Below, in pieces: positions 1 through 8,012 of a stretch of DNA of 27,879 nucleotides; position 1 is the stretch's first letter; each line of letters starts with the position of its first letter. This DNA comes from a virus (Duplodnaviria > Heunggongvirae > Uroviricota > Caudoviricetes), in IMG/VR virus record IMGVR_UViG_2648501730_000022, positions 1-27,879 of that record; one strand, 5' to 3'. Both the position numbers and the translations under genes were made by a program. The notes beneath the pieces were generated by a model, which had not been told where the DNA came from, did not search any database, and was given only the letters and a program-made list of their open reading frames with translations.

Positions 1-1983
1 TTACCTCTTTCTCAGGAAGTTTAGTCTCCAGGATTCCCGGGGCGGTTCAGTCACCTTGATAATGTATGCTTCAAACAGGTCACTAAACTTGTTAGTTTCA
101 CCGTTGATCTCAACATCTAATTGTTGCTGATTTTCCCATTCGATAATCAGATCATTACCTTCGAAAGTTCCTGGCGTGCTACCCTGATTTTTGATTCGAA
201 TAACCGGAGTCGGCAATTCATAGGTAACAGTAGGATTCTGGTTAATCAGTTCTACCCAATCGGATCGAGCGATGATACCGAAAGCACAAACTCGGTAATC
301 ATAAGAGCGATCTTTAGCCAGTGCATTGACACTGAAAATTTGCTGTGAAGTCTGACCGAGCTTAATCCAGTTAGGTGATCCGCTTACACGGTAATCAATC
401 TGGAAACCGTAGCGGTTAAAATCTTCCGGTGCATCCCATGTCAAAGTAACGTTCTTACCATAGATGGTTTCACCAGTTGCCTTAATTCTGAAATTAGTAG
501 GCTTCTGTACTGTCATTGAATCCGGTAAACCACTTGGTCTATTGTCTGGAGTTGCCGCATAGTTCAGGTCAGTATAAACTTGAGAATTATATTCTGTGGC
601 GGTGATAGTCATCATCCCAGCAATACCAGAATCAATCGAGCGATCAATTGCAGTAATACGCCATAAGGAATTATTCAGCTTCAATTCATCATAGGTTACG
701 CTGATAACGTCCCAAACTTCGGCAGTGAATGCGTCAGTAGTCATAAAGCTGATAACCTGAGTGATACGAGATTTATTTCGTTCTACACTCGCAAGTTTAT
801 CAATCTGGGCTTTAGACTTAACAAAACGATATTCAATATCTTTAGCGATAATTCGACCATCTTGACGAATAGTAGCATCGTTTTCAGCATCAGCCGGATA
901 ACGTAGCATTTGCTCTGAATAGTCAATTGATGGTTCTTGATACATCGCGTTAATGGTATTGAAATAACCGTTAGTGCCACCTGTTTTCAGTGATACCTTA
1001 CCCATCATGATATTGTCTTCATTGAAGGTATGCTTAACAATATCAGGAGCATCCAGTTTCAGGGTAATTCTTCCGAAGGATTCGAACATCACCCCGCCGA
1101 AAGTCTGCATAAGGCTAGTCAAGTTCTCTTTAAAGCTGGCGTTCGGATCACATGCACCGTTTGAATGTAGGTCCATCTGGCGTACTTGTTTACGTACTTT
1201 CAGGAATGAATCAACGTTGATGTTTTCAATTGGTACTGATAAACCATATTTTTCATTTGTTAGGTAGTGGAAAATCTGGTCCACGCCGTTAGTGCTAGCC
1301 TCAATAGCATTAGTTTCAAGGTTACGAATCTTTAAGCCCATAACATCGACTGCTACCTGGCTATTTGGCTGGAGAATATCAACACCAGCAGCAAGAGATT
1401 TGTCATCACGACGTAACACAATACACATGGTTGCAATACCATTGCCTTTGTAGTTGTCGTTCCAGTCTGATCCTAAATGACGTTTTGCCAGTGACAAAGC
1501 GGTGTTAGGATTCTTACCCGTGCGGAACTCAACTTCTAAGACTTTCCGGTATTCTTCTTTAATGTTGCCTTTGTCCAGTACACCATCACGGATCGTCATG
1601 TTCTTACCAACAAGAACATTTTTGTTATCGATAAACAGTGCTTTGTAATGGTCGATTTCACCCTCGGCAATTGCGAAGATTTGCACTAACTTATTGTTTT
1701 CTTGCTTGGAAATTGCCTTATAAACGCAGATTGCACCCGTGCGGGTAGTACCAAAAAGAACGGGTAATACTGTCTTAGGATCGTTTGATGTTCCTAGTGT
1801 CACCGCATTATCCGGGCTTTGTACTTTCGGTGTTTTTGGTGCGCCTACAGTGGAAGCGATCAAGGTCATTGCACCAGCAGCCATACCGATAGCGACTGCG
1901 GTCATAACCGAAAATGTTGCGGCTGCCGCCATCCCCGCCGAAGCACCAGCAATAACCGCGCCTACCAATACTTCAAATCCCAT
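1..1983 (-). CDS. Tail tip / central fibre protein, lambda J N-terminal-like with fibronectin-III-like segment (660 aa)
   Basis: Complete ORF, TAA stop at 1-3. Gly/Ala-rich hydrophobic N-terminus, then a segment resembling the lambda J N-terminal region (recalled motif, not aligned) and an FN3-like block (TLTWDAP...YDYRV). Last gene after the M/L/K-like genes; much shorter than lambda J. Confidence 0.55.
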   Translation of the reverse strand: MGFEVLVGAVIAGASAGMAAAATFSVMTAVAIGMAAGAMTLIASTVGAPKTPKVQSPDNAVTLGTSNDPKTVLPVLFGTTRTGAICVYKAISKQENNKLVQIFAIAEGEIDHYKALFIDNKNVLVGKNMTIRDGVLDKGNIKEEYRKVLEVEFRTGKNPNTALSLAKRHLGSDWNDNYKGNGIATMCIVLRRDDKSLAAGVDILQPNSQVAVDVMGLKIRNLETNAIEASTNGVDQIFHYLTNEKYGLSVPIENINVDSFLKVRKQVRQMDLHSNGACDPNASFKENLTSLMQTFGGVMFESFGRITLKLDAPDIVKHTFNEDNIMMGKVSLKTGGTNGYFNTINAMYQEPSIDYSEQMLRYPADAENDATIRQDGRIIAKDIEYRFVKSKAQIDKLASVERNKSRITQVISFMTTDAFTAEVWDVISVTYDELKLNNSLWRITAIDRSIDSGIAGMMTITATEYNSQVYTDLNYAATPDNRPSGLPDSMTVQKPTNFRIKATGETIYGKNVTLTWDAPEDFNRYGFQIDYRVSGSPNWIKLGQTSQQIFSVNALAKDRSYDYRVCAFGIIARSDWVELINQNPTVTYELPTPVIRIKNQGSTPGTFEGNDLIIEWENQQQLDVEINGETNKFSDLFEAYIIKVTEPPRESWRLNFLRKR

Positions 1984-2402
1984 TATTCACCCCCGAATCT
2001 ATAAACTTGTTCATAGTCAATGTCTGAAACAGGAATGGTCATCCAGATACCATCTTCTTCAACGAGGCCATAACCGGAATAATGAGGAACTACGGAATAA
2101 TAATTACGGTTTCCTAATTTGTGGGCTGTGACCAGTAAGTCGCCGTCCTGTAAATCATCAGTGACTAATTTGAAATGTTTCTTAATTGGTTGAAGGATAT
2201 TTGAATACCCGCTTAATTCTTTGCAGATTTTCAAGCCTTCTTCTTTAGTTGAATATTTTTTATAAAGAGAATTATATAGGTCAGTACCAGCGAGAATATC
2301 GATGATCTTACATGCAATTAGATTGCAATCATTCTCACCTTGAACGAACTCCTGACCTATTAAAGAATTGATGTAATCGGTGATAAGCCTAGTTTTTAGC
2401 AT
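1983..2402 (-). CDS. Tail assembly protein, lambda K-like (possible NlpC/P60-type Cys/His), 139 aa
   Basis: Track ORF trimmed to the internal ATG at 2400-2402, which has a GGAGG Shine-Dalgarno 8 nt upstream; the longer track ORF would overlap the upstream gene. Conserved Cys (ENDCNL) and His (VPHYSG); position matches lambda K. Confidence 0.4.
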   Translation of the reverse strand: MLKTRLITDYINSLIGQEFVQGENDCNLIACKIIDILAGTDLYNSLYKKYSTKEEGLKICKELSGYSNILQPIKKHFKLVTDDLQDGDLLVTAHKLGNRNYYSVVPHYSGYGLVEEDGIWMTIPVSDIDYEQVYRFGGE

Positions 2403-2448
2403 GTTGAATACCTCCATGCAGTTATTTACTAGGCTTAGGGAGAAGGGA

Positions 2449-3102
2449 TTATTTCTTAGAGCTAAACCATTTTGATTCTGAGTTCCACTTCCCGGCACGG
2501 GAGAAGAATAGATCGTTCTCGTTTCCAACATAGGATCGGTGGATACCATCAGAAGCATGACTACGAGCGTTTTTATCTAGAACTTCCCAGATACTATTAA
2601 GCTGAAATTCAGATTCGTTTTTACACTCATCATCTTCATGTTCGATGTTAATCCCGATGGAATCGACTACCCCACGGAAAACAGGGTAAGTGGTTTCAAC
2701 CTTGCCCGTGTTAGGGTTCAGGAAAACCATCTCGATTTTCACATCAGATTTATCGAATTGCTTGTTACGAATCAAGGTAATGTATTCCTCGCGAACGTTA
2801 GAAACAGTTACGTTGATCCCGTTGTTGTTGATCTCCTTCTCTTCGGTATTCGATGAGATTTGAAGAAAATCACCCGTTGCGAGATACGTAAAACCGTTAT
2901 AGTCCAAATCGAAATACCCATCTGTAAGCCGTAGAACGTCCCCTGACGCGGTGACTGCTTCGATAATGTGAAACATCGATCCAGTGGAGAAAAGTTGCGG
3001 TAGCGTCAATCTAGATACATTCTGCCCTGTCTGGTCGTTGTAGACCTCGATGAAGTCCAGATTGGTGCATAGTTTGCTGAATGATTCTTGAATAGTTGCC
3101 AT
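2449..3102 (-). CDS. Minor tail protein, lambda L-like position (217 aa)
   Basis: Start trimmed to ATG at 3100-3102, which overlaps the upstream TAA stop as TAATG (translational coupling). Assigned by gene order after the tape measure. Confidence 0.4.
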   Translation of the reverse strand: MATIQESFSKLCTNLDFIEVYNDQTGQNVSRLTLPQLFSTGSMFHIIEAVTASGDVLRLTDGYFDLDYNGFTYLATGDFLQISSNTEEKEINNNGINVTVSNVREEYITLIRNKQFDKSDVKIEMVFLNPNTGKVETTYPVFRGVVDSIGINIEHEDDECKNESEFQLNSIWEVLDKNARSHASDGIHRSYVGNENDLFFSRAGKWNSESKWFSSKK

Positions 3103-3662
3103 TATACATTCTCCACTAATTCGAATTTCATCTTGCCAATCTGGGCGATCTTCCAATCGATGTTTTCAGTTTTGAGAAGAAATTCGCCCTCTACGTTCTG
3201 ATACTTGATCACCTCACCCGCTAGGACGTTTTGGCGCAAGTTAGGGAAGAGTTTCATTTCACCACCTGATTTCACGTCTTCGGTGATCGTGTAGATTTTC
3301 TTGTGGTTCTCAAACTGGATGATAGTTCCCGCTTTCAGTGTTCCGGTGAAGTTGGAGAGTCTTACCTTGCGCCCACCGCGAGCAGTACCAGCAGCAGCCG
3401 TAACCATCTGGCGTACATCACCTGTATATTTTGAAAAGTAAGACAGTGGCACACTAAAAGGACGACCAAAAAGGTGACGTGCTACAAATTCTTTTACTTC
3501 GTTAATATCCTGAGCCATGTAATTCGCGGTAAATTCTGCTTCGTAAAAATGGATGCCAGTAAAGCGACGCTGGAACTTACCGGAGATAGATTGCGCCTTG
3601 AAGAAAGGTTGTTTTGATTTAAGAGTAAAATCTGTGATTTTAATATTCTTGGATTTGAACAT
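3102..3662 (-). CDS. Minor/distal tail protein (M/Dit-like position), 186 aa
   Basis: First ORF downstream of the tape measure gene; assigned by synteny only. Confidence 0.4.
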   Translation of the reverse strand: MFKSKNIKITDFTLKSKQPFFKAQSISGKFQRRFTGIHFYEAEFTANYMAQDINEVKEFVARHLFGRPFSVPLSYFSKYTGDVRQMVTAAAGTARGGRKVRLSNFTGTLKAGTIIQFENHKKIYTITEDVKSGGEMKLFPNLRQNVLAGEVIKYQNVEGEFLLKTENIDWKIAQIGKMKFELVENV

Positions 3663-3664
3663 AG

Positions 3665-3710
3665 AAAAGCCCCCATAGTTTTATGATTATTTATGACTAT
3701 GGGGGCTTTT
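3665..3710 (-). other. Perfect 14-bp inverted repeat hairpin (AAAAGCCCCCATAG / CTATGGGGGCTTTT) between tape measure stop and next gene start
   Basis: Arms at 3665-3678 and 3697-3710, loop about 18 nt. The 3' arm GGGGG overlaps the likely Shine-Dalgarno of the downstream gene; followed by a U-run on the minus strand. Confidence 0.6.
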
Positions 3711-3712
3711 AA

Positions 3713-6067
3713 TTACATCTTACGGCGTTGTGCGTCTTCTACCGCCTGAGCAACTAACTTAGCGTGACGTTTGATAGCATCCATGACCATCTTGTCTGAG
3801 CTATTAACGTTGCCGTTAATGTTCAAAGGTGCGTTAACTTCAATCGGCTGAGAGTTGCCACCGCCTGATTTTTGAGCAGCAAGGAAGTCTTTCAAATCAC
3901 CGTTAGTACGCTGATCAACTACTCGTTCACCCTTATCAAGCAACCATGTACCCTCACGAGGGATATTATCGATACCATCATGAGCCATACCGCTAACGTT
4001 AGTAGACTTGATGTTTGCGATGTTCCCCATGTTCTGAGAAACAGCCAATGCAGCAGCAGCGATCTTTTGTCCTGTGGTTACGTTGGTCGGATCGTTCCAT
4101 GCATCGGTAGCAGCCGTCCACATGTTCACCGTCGCTTGTCCAATGGAGAATGCTTTATGAGCATTGAAAGCCATCTGCATAGCTTTAGTGTTTTCCTGCC
4201 CGAAGAGAGTCATTGCAGCAGCAAAACCGCCATACATATCATCGGCTATTGACTGGCGAGCATCAGCATATTTCTTTTCAATTGCAGCCATCCGTTTTTG
4301 ATGGTTTTCATTGAGTTTTTCTAATGCAGCCATCCGTTTAGCTGGATCATTAATACCATCAATATTGAGTTTTTCGGTCTTATAATCTTGTTCAGCTTCC
4401 GATTTCTCTTGATCGATTGCATTAAATTTAGCAAACGGGTTATTTGAATCCTGATAGTCTAAGCTATTAGTCAATTGATTGGTTTTAAAACCATCCATTC
4501 CCTGTAACTGACTATCAATCTGAGAATAGTTTTGCTCGGTATCATTCACACGACGCATATATTCTTCGTAGGAGATAGCTTTACCATCAAGTAACCGTTT
4601 ATGGCTTTCTAGCTCGTTGTCCCTGATTTGTTGCAAAACTGTTAAGGCATTCAGAGCATCAATCGGATCAGCACCCAACATCATTTTATAGATGTTTTCT
4701 GCGTTCTGATCTAACAGTTGCTGACGTTTAGCGGCTGCGTCTTGCTGAGAGATTAAGCCCATATCTAAAGCAGTGTCTAAATCTTTCAAGCTGGCTTCTA
4801 ACTGCTTGTTTTGAGAAGCAATAGACGCGGCTGTCTGTCCTTGCAATTTAACATCAAGAGCATTCAGTCGCTTGATTGCATCCTCGCGTGCTTTCTGTGC
4901 TTTTTCTGCGGCTTCCTTAGCCTTTTTAGCTGCCTCTTCCGCTTTCTTCTTGGCTTCTTCTTGTTCTTTTTTCGATGGTCCGGTGACGCCTCCACCTTGA
5001 CCCGTTGGGGTAAATCCGGTATCCGATTTATTTCCAGTGATAGTAATTACCGGATCACCGTTTTTATCACGGGTAACGCCTTCACTATCCACCCAACGAT
5101 CAGGATAATTTGGTTTATTGTTGAAGCTGGCTTGTCCACCCGCTAGACCAGTAGAACTATAACCATGCTTGTTAATAAAACCACCGTTAGCCATAGCCAT
5201 ATTCTGGCGAGCTTTTTCAAACCTTTCATTAAAAGTCTTTAATGCGTTGAATAAAGCGGTCTTTTCCCAATCTTTATCAAACCAGTTGTAAAGATTATTC
5301 ATCCCTTCAACAACTGGATTTAGTGCATTTGCAGCCATACCCTTTAAGTTATCGGTAAGGGTATCCATATTTTTAGAGAATTTATTATATTCTTCGGCTG
5401 TGTCATTGGTGATTTTAACAGTTTGCTGATTAATGGCGTTTACAGCTTCCTGATAAGATCCGTATTTCTGCAATTCATCAGCCATATGACTTGAATCACT
5501 GGCTAACGATTCCATCATAAACTTAACATCAGCGATAGACGCACCAGCCTTGCGCATATCATAGAAGACCTTGATCGCCGCTTTCATCCCGCCTTGTGGA
5601 TCGTTCATAAACTCGGCATAATCTTTAATCTTCAAACCTACACTTTCTAGGTCGTCTTCAATACCGCCACCGTTACGCCATGCATCAGCCAGCTTATCTA
5701 AGGTGTCTTTGTTAATATCACCAAATTTCTCAACGGTTAAGCCAGTACCGGAGAATTGCTTCTCTAATTTCTGGAGTGTTTCGACGGTTAAACCAGTTGC
5801 TTTTGAAACTTCGCTGTATTCCTTTACATAATCACCGATGGCATTTGCAGCAGAAATAGCGCCAGCAGCCAAACCAACAAAACCACCAGCAGCCAAAGCA
5901 AGCGATCCACCAGTTCCGCGAAGGGTTCCACTTAAACTAGATAAACCACCAGACAAATCAAGATTCATTGCCCTTTCTGAAAGGTTATCAAGCATCTCTA
6001 TCGCCTGATTGGTACTTCTCCTTAGACCGTCATTATCTCCTTCTATTGTTACTATATGTCTTGTCAT
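3713..6067 (-). CDS. Tail tape measure protein (784 aa)
   Basis: Long, largely helical protein with Gly-rich hydrophobic segments and a Lys/Glu/Ala coiled-coil block (KKEQEEAKKKAEEAAKKAKEAAEKAQKA); sits directly after the chaperone pair, as in lambda G/GT/H. Confidence 0.85.
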   Translation of the reverse strand: MTRHIVTIEGDNDGLRRSTNQAIEMLDNLSERAMNLDLSGGLSSLSGTLRGTGGSLALAAGGFVGLAAGAISAANAIGDYVKEYSEVSKATGLTVETLQKLEKQFSGTGLTVEKFGDINKDTLDKLADAWRNGGGIEDDLESVGLKIKDYAEFMNDPQGGMKAAIKVFYDMRKAGASIADVKFMMESLASDSSHMADELQKYGSYQEAVNAINQQTVKITNDTAEEYNKFSKNMDTLTDNLKGMAANALNPVVEGMNNLYNWFDKDWEKTALFNALKTFNERFEKARQNMAMANGGFINKHGYSSTGLAGGQASFNNKPNYPDRWVDSEGVTRDKNGDPVITITGNKSDTGFTPTGQGGGVTGPSKKEQEEAKKKAEEAAKKAKEAAEKAQKAREDAIKRLNALDVKLQGQTAASIASQNKQLEASLKDLDTALDMGLISQQDAAAKRQQLLDQNAENIYKMMLGADPIDALNALTVLQQIRDNELESHKRLLDGKAISYEEYMRRVNDTEQNYSQIDSQLQGMDGFKTNQLTNSLDYQDSNNPFAKFNAIDQEKSEAEQDYKTEKLNIDGINDPAKRMAALEKLNENHQKRMAAIEKKYADARQSIADDMYGGFAAAMTLFGQENTKAMQMAFNAHKAFSIGQATVNMWTAATDAWNDPTNVTTGQKIAAAALAVSQNMGNIANIKSTNVSGMAHDGIDNIPREGTWLLDKGERVVDQRTNGDLKDFLAAQKSGGGNSQPIEVNAPLNINGNVNSSDKMVMDAIKRHAKLVAQAVEDAQRRKM

Positions 6068-6070
6068 AAA

Positions 6071-6445
6071 TTACCCCAATTGTCCGCTCTTGAGCTTTTG
6101 TAATAATGAAGCGTCGAAAAAACTATCAACCAAAGCAGCGTTACGTTCTTCCTCTTTCTTACGAGCAATTTCTTTTATTTCTTCTTGCGTTTTAAATTGC
6201 TTGTCGTCCTTAATCATTCGGAATTGGTTAACATTGATTTTATTCAACCATTCACGAGTCATGTTAGGAGATGTAACGTGCATGTAATACATCGACTGTG
6301 CATGTCGCGCATCTTGAAACAGGGGGCTTTGTGGTTCAAGATATGTATCGAATATATGCAACGCCCAAAATAGCGTAATTGGCATATTATCCATCTCATC
6401 TTTACTCAAGCCCCGACGCATCATTTGCCGAAAATAAAAATTCAA
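6071..6445 (-). CDS. Tail assembly chaperone, -1 frame segment (T-like); probably made only as a frameshift fusion with the upstream ORF
   Basis: The track 'M' is a TTG codon with no ATG or obvious Shine-Dalgarno. This frame is open back into the last codons of the upstream ORF and ends 3 nt before the tape measure start. Confidence 0.45.
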   Translation of the reverse strand: MNFYFRQMMRRGLSKDEMDNMPITLFWALHIFDTYLEPQSPLFQDARHAQSMYYMHVTSPNMTREWLNKINVNQFRMIKDDKQFKTQEEIKEIARKKEEERNAALVDSFFDASLLQKLKSGQLG

Positions 6446-6453
6446 GAGCGGGT

Positions 6454-6762
6454 TTACTTTACCTCGTTTTCAATTACCGCCGCATCTTTCATCAATGATG
6501 CTTGAGCAACTAAGCCGATTAATTCGCTGCGGACGCTAGTATACAATGCCTTAACTTGTTCAATAGATTCAAATACTGGCTTACCGTCTTCATCTTCAAT
6601 ACAACGAAGAATAGAGCGTTCATCACGGTCTTTTTTATCAGTATTGAAAACATGTTCATTAAATTCTTGTACCGACATAGGGCGAGCATAGAACGTAAAT
6701 CCTCCGAGGGTTAAAGATTCACGTTTCGGAGAAAGAGCTTTCAGCATTTCATTCAGATTCAT
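6454..6762 (-). CDS. Tail assembly chaperone (G-like), 102 aa
   Basis: Small acidic protein immediately upstream of the tape measure region; ends ...GUA AAG UAA with the -1 frame open downstream. Confidence 0.55.
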   Translation of the reverse strand: MNLNEMLKALSPKRESLTLGGFTFYARPMSVQEFNEHVFNTDKKDRDERSILRCIEDEDGKPVFESIEQVKALYTSVRSELIGLVAQASLMKDAAVIENEVK

Positions 6763-6807
6763 TATTGTTTCCTCATTAATAGTGATTACGCTGTATTTAT
6801 TTAGAAT

Positions 6808-7314
6808 TTAAGAGATTTTCAAAGTCTGCTTAGTGCCAGTCTTCTTAATGTTATTGAGTAAAGCAGCCGGAGGATTGCTTAACCAATAGTAATGAAAACC
6901 GCTTTGCATACTGTTATAAGGAACAGTGACAGCAGCACCACCCAAATTAACGGTTATATTCCCCGCTCTACCGTTCTGGAGATATACAGCCATAGTAGGA
7001 GTACCGCCATTGAATTGACCAACGATAACGCCAATCAGACGCCCTACGCCCACGTTTTCGGGGTTCTCCATAGATCCTTTACCGCGCATGTCAGTTACTG
7101 GATAGTTTGAAGCAGTTACACCCCAGTTATTACCCAATGAAGTAGACCACGCAGCAGTAGCTACAACCGTATCCATACCACGACCACACATCGCACTCAT
7201 GTTAGCTGGGCGACTAACCTTTAATGCGTTCATTGCTGCGCTCATCCATCGTTGACCAGTTACAGAAACAGCAGATGACCCGACCCAGCCAGGCTTATTA
7301 ACGACATTCGCCAT
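6808..7314 (-). CDS. Hypothetical tail-associated protein (168 aa)
   Basis: ORF between the tail tube gene and the chaperones; Gly/Asn-rich beta-type composition; no recognisable motif. Confidence 0.35.
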   Translation of the reverse strand: MANVVNKPGWVGSSAVSVTGQRWMSAAMNALKVSRPANMSAMCGRGMDTVVATAAWSTSLGNNWGVTASNYPVTDMRGKGSMENPENVGVGRLIGVIVGQFNGGTPTMAVYLQNGRAGNITVNLGGAAVTVPYNSMQSGFHYYWLSNPPAALLNNIKKTGTKQTLKIS

Positions 7315-7329
7315 TTTGATTACTCCAAT

Positions 7330-7356
7330 AAAAAAGCCCCACCATTAAGGCAGGGC
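7330..7356 (-). terminator. Rho-independent terminator after the tail tube gene
   Basis: Minus-strand RNA GCCCUGCC-UUAAU-GGUGGGGC followed by U6 (plus-strand A-run 7330-7335). Near-identical to the terminator after the capsid gene. Confidence 0.7.
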
Positions 7357-7362
7357 TTATAA

Positions 7363-7482
7363 TTAATCTTTAGCCTTGCGGCTTCGTTTAGCTGTGGCTT
7401 TCGCCGTAACTTCTTCTACTTCTGGAATCACCACCGCTTCATGTTCCGGCTGTGGTTCCGGTTCGGGAAGTTCTTCGTTAGT
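7363..7482 (-). other. In-frame post-TGA extension of the tail tube gene (39 sense codons + TAA)
   Basis: Reading on past TGA at 7483-7485 gives TNEELPEPEPQPEHEAVVIPEVEEVTAKATAKRSRKAKD then TAA at 7363-7365; homologous to the extension after the capsid gene. Confidence 0.5.
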
Positions 7483-7956
7483 TCATCCGGCAGTGAAGAT
7501 TTGCTGTTTCAGCGGAGCACCATCCACCGCGAAGGTAAACTCTTTGGTTACAACTTCTTCATCGCCACCGTTCATAGCAACTTTAGAAATGAAGCCGTTG
7601 AAAGCGGTGCGAATACCAGTCTGTTTTGCTGCGTCAACGTAATATTCTACTTTAATCTGAATACGAGTACCGTCTTCGGCAGCTTTGATCAGTTTTTCAT
7701 GTACCGCATCGCCTGGGATGTAGTTAACGGTCAGAGTCAGATCAGGAACGTTCAGCTTCCCTACCAGTTTACGGTTATACTGAGAAGAGAAGGATTTAAC
7801 TTCTACAGTACCGCGCTCGATACCAGTTTCAGGAAAACCAGCACACTCTTTAATTTCTTCGTAGCTTTCGTGGTCGAGAGCGGTATTAGTGGTGTCCGCG
7901 TGATAGAACAGACTTACCAGACCACCAGTAAAAATATCTTTGAATTGCTGAGACAT
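7483..7956 (-). CDS. Putative major tail tube protein (157 aa)
   Basis: Short protein upstream of the chaperones and tape measure, followed by a strong terminator. ATG at 7954-7956 preceded by a GGGG Shine-Dalgarno. Homologous to the N-terminal ~160 aa of the 277-aa protein at 11595-12428 (shared DIFTG, FP.T, LTL, KA.ED motifs). Confidence 0.5.
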   Translation of the reverse strand: MSQQFKDIFTGGLVSLFYHADTTNTALDHESYEEIKECAGFPETGIERGTVEVKSFSSQYNRKLVGKLNVPDLTLTVNYIPGDAVHEKLIKAAEDGTRIQIKVEYYVDAAKQTGIRTAFNGFISKVAMNGGDEEVVTKEFTFAVDGAPLKQQIFTAG

Positions 7957-7986
7957 AGAATTACCCCTTAATTAAAATTGTTATTA

Positions 7987-8005
7987 CGGGGGAACTAGTC
8001 CCCCG
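7987..8005 (-). other. Hairpin CGGGGGA-ACTAG-TCCCCCG between fibre and tail tube genes
   Basis: 7-bp perfect stem; the same stem sequence recurs at 25555-25573. Confidence 0.5.
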
Positions 8006-8012
8006 ACTTTTA

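Noticed and set aside
1739-2131. Plus-strand ORFs of 130 and 61 aa overlapping the tip-protein and K-like genes
   Set aside because: Antisense to well-supported minus-strand genes, no ribosome-binding sites. The same reasoning applies to the other short antisense ORFs in the track (for example 7441-7971, 8436-8768, 10062-10556, 14374-14688, 18578-18937).
2403-2558. N-terminal 52 codons of track ORF 1983..2558, and likewise codons 3103-3156 of ORF 2449..3156
   Set aside because: These extensions overlap the upstream genes and lack a Shine-Dalgarno, whereas internal ATGs at 2402 and 3102 have good ribosome-binding sites or stop/start coupling.
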